A stretch of DNA of 64,000 nt, taken from Klebsormidium nitens. Its lineage: Eukaryota > Plantae > Klebsormidiophyceae. The stretch is taken from positions 62,001 through 126,000 of the forward strand of contig DF237191.1 of assembly GCA_000708835.1 (NCBI GenBank), in the 5' to 3' direction. Numbering within the stretch: the first letter of the stretch is position 1; each line of letters starts with the position of its first letter. The notes below the pieces were generated by a model. That model was not told the DNA's origin. It saw nothing but the letters and a program-made list of their open reading frames with translations, and ran no database searches. This document shows positions 57,801-64,000 of the stretch, piece after piece. Made by a program: the position numbers and the translations under genes.

Positions 57801-60800
57801 TCCGGAGTGATACGATTGTGTAACCCAGATACTCGGGAGTACTTTCCAGACCTTCGAATTGCAAAGGCCAAACCTTGGAGAAGTCTCCAGTTGCAGGTGG
57901 CCTGCCTGAAGGACTATTCCCTCGGCGCCTCAAGATTTGGGCTTCTCAATATCTTCGATAGCTAAGACGCTTGAGTTCCAAGCCTCGTCGTTTGAGTGTT
58001 CCGTCACTCAAGGTTTGGGCTGGGTCGTTGCTTGCGAAGGAGCCCATATTTCGCACTTGATTGGACGAGCCAAGATGGCCCCGTATCTGATGACCACTTT
58101 GTTTTAGGACAGAAACAGAAATATCAGTCGACGCAGGAGACGAGGTCAAAACGCACCTTGTTCCTGAACTTGCAAGATGAGTAATCCAGATTTCAACGGT
58201 CCAAATCTTCCACTCGCAGGCGGCCCCGCGAAGACGACCCTGTTCTGGTGGGCGTCGTTCGTGGACTCGCTGTTCTACCTGTTCCTTCCGCTCATGATGA
58301 CGCTGCTCCTGCGGCTGGTCCAGCGGCGGAAGCTGCTCGCGCGCATCGGGAAGCGCACGCTTGTCATCTGTGACGTACCGTACGTGCACCAGCTGCTCGA
58401 GATCTACGTCTCCAAGCTCGTGAGTCTGTAGCATTTTCTGGCCCGGGTATGCTTTTTGCAACGACTCAAAGCGATGGAACGCTTTGCGTGACAGTCTTCT
58501 AAAGCTTCGTACAGGACTTTCAGGCTGCGCGACGCCCAGCTGATGTGGTACCCTTGTGTGTGCGTCCCTTGTGCGCGTCACCTAATCAGGAGGCGCTGGA
58601 TGATGGGAGAATTGCGGAGGGAAGGGCGAAAAGATCAGCTCTGTATTTGAGAAAAAAGTAGGTGCCCAGAGGCCCCAGGAGGTATCGAACAGCTCGGATG
58701 CGATGTGCGTGAAGATGGACAAATTACAAGCAAGTGGTAAGAGTGGCGGGCTTTGATCAGGAGAGCTACTGGACGTTGGTATGGTGCAGAACTGATCGAG
58801 GAGGTGTAGATACCAGAACGAGAAGGCGAGACGAAAGCTCAACTCAAACGTAAAGGACCGGGAAGCTGATGGGATTCTTAAAACTTGTGCAGTTTGCGCT
58901 GAGCTACTCGATTGCCAGCATAGACGTGCACGGGGCCAACCCCCTGGACCACTTGGTACACCGCTTTACGCACCGGGTCACCAGGTGAGGACGTTTGCGA
59001 GGAATTTTCTGGTACCTGGGTCGCATTAGATTTGGAAGGAATCTGAAAAGCGATTTGGATTTCAATCGAGATCCAAAAAAATCGCACTTGCGAAGACGCG
59101 AGAGATGCATCGACAATCTGATTTGAATTCTCCTTTACCTGCTCTCACATCGAGATACATTCAATCTTGAGGGGCTTTAGAGGCTTAGGGTTTCAGCCTT
59201 TGCAGGGCGGTCGCCTTTAATTTGACTGGACTTTTGTAGATCCTTTGCGCTCGTAAAGAGACCATAGGAGCATGCTTGCCTTTCGGAACTTTTTCCTGTG
59301 CAGTGCTTGGGGAAAAGAGAGATCGAAGCGCAAGCTCAGAAAGGTTTCAAAACCTTCCTTGTAATGTTCTCGACGTCATTCTGTGTCACTTTGCAGAACT
59401 GGATTGACGGAAATGTTTGCTTACTTGCGCAGGGGAGTTCTTCTTGCTGTTGGGAGACCCGACGGTCGCTTCACCACACAGACAAAGAGTGAGCACAGAG
59501 CGATTGTAGTGACTATCTTCGGTTTTTCTGCTTCTTTCCTTTGCCGCCTGCCATTGTTTTCAAATGTTTCGGATCGTCAAGACGTGCGGTACTATCCAAC
59601 GATGTTTGCCGCTTCGATGCACGCGCTTACGTAGAGTGGCGCAGAACGCTGTGGCGTCACCATCTGATGTGAAGCGTCCTATGGAGCATCCGGTCAATCC
59701 GCCCACTTGCAAGCATTTGTCTTAAAACTCAATGCAAAATTCGTTTCCTCATCTTTTCCACGGTTTCAAAAAGAAAGTGTCGGTGGAGATAGAGTCTTTC
59801 TGTTGTCAACAAGTACACACAAACCCCTTGACCACGTTTCCGTCTGCTTTCTTGTAGACGAGGCCTGGGTGCTTATGGCCCTGCTGCAAGCGAAGAGCAT
59901 CGTCAACCTAGGGGTTGGGGCGGAGACGCTGACTGTTGGTACGGCACACAGATCTGTTTGTTGAGAACTTTGATCCGAAACTATTGCCACTTTCTTGTTG
60001 TGGTGCAAAGCACGGTTCTGCCATGTTCGGACGCAGATTCGTGCTACTTCCCTTGCGCAGTGACTCTCAATAGAAGAAAAAAGTGTTCTGACAGCCGATA
60101 AAGAGAGCCGAATATGTCTCACGAGCTTTGCTAGCAGCCTGAGCACTTGCAAGATCCTTGCTCCTGACTCTGTCAGCTGTCAAGTCATTGCATACTTAGC
60201 CGATTCCGCAATCAGATCTCCTATTGCTGATCGCATATCGCTGTCCATCCTTGTATGCAGGCCATAACCTGTACTCCGTCAAGATGATCATGGATAAGCA
60301 CATCACCATCCCGTCTCGTCGCCCAAGGTTCATCTGCGAGGCGATCTTGGGGGATGCCGAGGCAGAGCCGGTAAGCGATGCTTCGAGTAAAAAATCTCAA
60401 GCGGCTTGGAGCCCTTTAAAACGCTTGCAAGAAGATAAACCCCCAGAGTACGCGCTTTTATAAAGCTATGAAAGGTGTCTAATCGCGGATTTGCGCTGGA
60501 AACCACCGAACGAGGGCCGGTTTAAGCGGTCTATCCTCTCCGAAACGTCTGGTCACTGGAGGTGATACGTAGCGCCTTTGCGAAAGAAGAACGATCAATC
60601 AGCGAAGGGTACTCAATCTGCACTATTCTGCTCTGCATCCGAATCGAAGCATTCATCCACCGAGCGCCCGCGAACGTGATCTGAAACGGTCAATGGCGTC
60701 ACTCGAGTGCCCGACCGAAATCTCAAAAGGAAAGCGGGGCTACTAAGATTGAAATGACGGTTAACCTTAGTTAACCACCGGTTCCCCGTCCCAGATGCGC

Positions 60801-62915
60801 CTGTCGGCCCGCCAGCGCGCCATCACCGAAGGACAACACGGCGACGCCTCTTTCTACGACGACATCAACAAGAGCGTCGTGGGGGGTCATCTGCTCGACT
60901 CGGCGCCCGTCAGAAAAGCCCGCCGCCGCATCGTGAGGCCTAGGCCCACGTTTCCTTTTGAACTCTTTGCTGCGTGCGTTTTCTGGAGCGCTACTTGATT
61001 GGGGTCTGCCCATGGAAGCTTCGACTTCGATTCGAGCCGCTGTAGGCCTTGCGTCGCCGCCTTAAACTCAGTCACAAAAGCGACCGCTCCAATTGGGCTG
61101 CGTACTGCTCCTACAACTTGAAACCGGGGTCAACAAAGCAATCAAAGGACCGTAGTTGTTGGCAGCTCACCCGATTCCGCTGATAGGTGGACTGCCGGTC
61201 CGCTTTTCCTCCGTTGCAGCAGCGTCGTTTCCATTACGTATCCAAGTCACCCTGAGCTTTCTCCGTCTCCTGCTGGCTCCTTCTGCAGAAAGCCCAGCTG
61301 AAGCAGAACGCGCTCGCGCACACCCAGAGCGTTCGCCTCACCGGGGAATCCGTTCCGGTCCTCAATTCCGAGGGGCTGCCCGTGGCGGAAGCCCCCGAGG
61401 AGCGGAATCAGCTCCTGAGCACTCTCCCCGCGGAGGTCCAGGCCATCTTCGACTCGCAGGCGCCGCTGGAAGAACTGGTGGACAACCGGTTCCTCTCGCT
61501 GCAGCGCTACATTTCGTTCCTGGTACGTTATGCGTTTCGTATAAGAGCCCAGAAACGAATATCAGTCCTTTGCGGGGTGGGACTAGGAAGGCTGTTCAAA
61601 GACAAGTGCTGCGCAGCTCTTGCGGCGGGGCGAAAATGAACCGTTCACTTTTACGCCTGGCAATCTAGTTGCGAGGGCTGGATGAGAACTCGGCAGACGG
61701 GCCCAGATACAGCCTTTTCGACTCAAATCATTTTCCCTCGCCGAGAATCGTGAAATTTTCTGCGGAACCTTCCATCATTGCCGTTTCTGGTGTCCTGAGC
61801 GTCTTGCCCATACGTCTCCCTCCGGAAGCAACTCTCGGGGACCGACCTTCTCTGTTTGTTCTTCGTATTCTTCATCGCCTATTAAAAGGACGCACTGTTT
61901 GCGGACTCACTCCCTGGCAAAATTCGAACGGGCACCTCCAATAATTCCTCTCCAGTTATGTTCTCTTTACCGTGTGCCCGTTCCCTGTGCACCGTTCTTA
62001 CAGCCAGCGGACCAGCGTCTCTGGTCATTCCTCTCCCCGGGCACCGTTTACGACAGCACCTTTCTCTTCTCCGCTTTTTTCCCGGGCACCAGTCTCTCCG
62101 GTTTGCCGGTAAGTGGTCAGCTGTGTCCTAACCTGGAGATTATTCCTGGGTAAATTCCAGGTGATTTTCCACGAGATGGCCCGCCGAGTGTCCTCCTTTT
62201 GGCCCCTCAACTTCGACATGCACCGCAGCCAGTCCGAGCTCCGGATCGCCACCACCGCAGGTGAGGATCGAGGCGGAATAGCGGAACAGCGGAATGATTG
62301 AACCGCGGGCACGCTATGTACCTTATAAGCACAAGTTGTGGAACACGAAGGGAAAATGATTAACGATTCGCGCTGTGATGTAATAACGTAAGGCTCCGTT
62401 ACCGGTAGAGGTCTGAGTATTCTCCCACGGAAATACCAGCTTGTGTTCGACGGCTTGCAGTGTTTCGAGACTCTTTTTGCGACTCTTGATTTGCAAACGC
62501 TTGATTCTGAGGGCCTCGTCTTGAGATCGTCTCGAGTGAACCTCGGCGTTCCGTTTGCCGGTTCCGTGCAGAGGAAACGGAATGCTCTTTCCTCAACCCC
62601 TGATTTCCTTGGAGTGGTCTAGGATACTGTTGCCCACAGTCGAGAAATCCCGAGCTGAAATTGCTGACGTAAATGGTCCCTTCTTGGTTTGCCCCTGCAG
62701 CCCCGGTTTCCGCGGCGGAACTGGAGCGCGAGTGGGAGGAGAGCCAGGATCCGGCGGAAGACGACGACACCCTGGCCATGTCCTTCAAGTCCGTCAGCGC
62801 ACATCTCATGAGCGTCACGCGCCTCGGCAGCCGTAGCAGCTCGCTACTGCGCGAAATGAAGAAAGTCAAGGAAGAAATGGACGCGGCGGAAGCCGCCGCG
62901 TCCCCCGCCATGTGA
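45815..62915 (+). CDS. ~1473-aa multidomain membrane protein: HExxH (M50-like) domain + class II glutamine amidotransferase + SIS sugar-phosphate-binding domain + TM helices + degenerate second SIS-like region (atypical GlmS/GFAT relative)
   Basis: 26 GT-AG exons in continuous phase (4422 nt): 45815-46391, 46902-46942, 47390-47517, 47967-48135, 48669-48793, 49436-49754, 50291-50528, 50721-50836, 51356-51471, 51826-52003, 52557-52730, 53253-53357, 54072-54285, 54979-55186, 56012-56213, 56923-57084, 57521-57644, 58220-58419, 58893-58984, 59433-59488, 59858-59938, 60261-60370, 60795-60932, 61289-61522, 62161-62260, 62701-62915. Motifs LLHEWAHL, CGNFGLI, QRGGQSGG, GHTRFATS, ESHPHQW, VTHNGDF, CDSVVVAG, GSFGL, ITGCESSLW and ISQSGQTFPT. 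Confidence 0.88.
54843..54892 (+). repeat. Degenerate duplicate of the exon-14 acceptor and 5' end, 126 bp upstream of the real exon
   Basis: TGCCCCGCAG-CGTTCCCCAGCTCTACATCAAGGCCATTTCGTCCAACAA versus TGCCCCGCAG-TGTTCCCCCAGCTGTACGTTGCCGCCATATCGTCGAACAA at 54969. The copy is one C short, which shifts the frame. Confidence 0.8.
55149..55512 (+). repeat. Tandem array (~156-bp unit, about 2.3 copies) spanning the exon-14 donor
   Basis: CTGCACGCC.CGCGCATCCTCC..AAGCAGTGCC.GGGGT starts at 55149, 55304 and 55462, each followed by a GT donor-like site. Confidence 0.88.
56665..56980 (+). repeat. Tandem array (~91-bp unit, 3 to 3.5 copies) spanning the exon-16 acceptor
   Basis: TCGCA..CCGCTGG(G)CATGCGG.TGAGC starts at 56754, 56844 and 56936. 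Only the last copy follows an intact AG acceptor. Confidence 0.85.
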
Positions 62916-64000
62916 CCGGAATGGCCGGAAATGGATTGGACCTTTAGCGGCTCGGAAGAGGGCGTGCGTCAGAGGCCGGAAACGAGTTGAGATAACCAAG
63001 CTTTAAAAGGGGCATATAAGCACAGGGTTATCTCTAGATGTTGTCATAGGCACCACGCATCCGCTCACGTAGATACTGCTTGCACATTTATGGACATTTG
63101 CGAATGACCGCCGAATGTTAGCTAGCCTCGCTAGCTGCCTCGCTACCGAGGCAGTCGTAAAGTGGTGTGCTTGAGTTGCCTGGCAGGGTGGTGAGAGCCC
63201 AAATAGCGTTTGTTTGTAGGACCCAGTGCCGATGCTTAATGGGTCCTAGGGCCCAGACCCGTCCTAGACTTAGAGCAAGAACCCTAGCTGCGAGGTCCTG
63301 ATTAACTGAAACTTCACCAAAACTCAAGCAATTTCTTGGCGGAAAACATTATCCCGATAGCCTAGCTCATGGTCAGCTGCAGTCCCGACCCTGGTAATCA
63401 TCACTGCATTGTTGGAAGATAGCGGGTTGCATTCCTACGGCACATTGACAATTACGTAGATGGAGTATTGGGGGTTGTCTCTGTTGAGGCGAGGCAAGGT
63501 CGGGACTTCATGTTTAATTCTACAAGGCCGTACCACATAGGTAGCACGAGCGCCCAAGAAGACACTATTTAAACTTTTAAGATGCGTCCTAGATTGTGCT
63601 ACAGAAGTAGAAATCTGACGTTCCGGATCCCTCCAAGTCAGGGAGCAGGAAACGGCAATGGTCCCCAACGACAATTCTAACACCCGGCTCATGGGCAGGG
63701 CTTGCTAAGAAAGCAACTTGTGACCCATATTTGCATAAAAGCTAGTCGTATGACGCCGCCCCTTGCTCATACCTTTGACTAAACGGCGCGGTCCGATCAA
63801 TTCGAGACCTTCAAATCACCTATCTTAATCTGCTTTCAATAATCATCGATCCCCTATTTCTATCACTTAGCATCAAAGGACACTAAAGAAGTTAAGATAA
63901 ATCGCAACCAATTCTGAAGACTCGGAAGTCGCGGTCTATCGTAACTGACTATGTTGACTTTAGTGCAATGCGGAATTACCGGGCATATTCACGTCTTTGC

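Noticed and set aside
62916-64000. Short ORFs downstream of the GATase-SIS gene
   Set aside because: No motifs or splice chain. Treated as 3' UTR and intergenic sequence.
1-64000. Frequent TGACGTCA (CRE/bZIP-like) palindromes
   Set aside because: Scattered through exons and introns without clustering at promoters, so likely compositional.
1-64000. CRISPR arrays, rRNA, telomeric arrays, prokaryotic operons
   Set aside because: None seen. Repeats have no unique spacers, TTAGGG-like words are isolated, and all genes are spliceosomal.

Overview
Intron-rich eukaryotic nuclear DNA, about 50% GC, with GT-AG introns and plant-like genes. The style suggests a streptophyte green alga such as Klebsormidium (inference only). 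I reconstructed gene models by hand from splice signals and reading phase. In order: (1) the 3' part of an unknown gene whose frame is broken by a 10-bp tandem duplication; (2) a plastid-type split-barrel PNPOx-like/HugZ-family gene (minus); (3) a MITE-like inverted repeat; (4) a ~1070-aa Pro/Gln/Gly-rich RGG protein (plus); (5) two tandem KAB1/Kv-beta aldo-keto reductases (minus); (6) a secreted alpha-carbonic anhydrase (minus) with a tRNA-like element in intron 1; (7) DUS3 (minus), head-to-head with (8) a peroxisomal IBR1/DHRS4-like SDR; (9) a 26-exon, ~1473-aa gene fusing an HExxH membrane domain to an internal class II glutamine amidotransferase, a SIS domain and transmembrane helices. The strongest leads are this fusion, which buries a catalytic Cys that normally must be N-terminal; two apparently mutually exclusive active-site exons in the SDR; the 135-nt tRNA-like RNA; and repeated duplication of exon/intron junctions. 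No rRNA, CRISPR array or intact transposase was seen.
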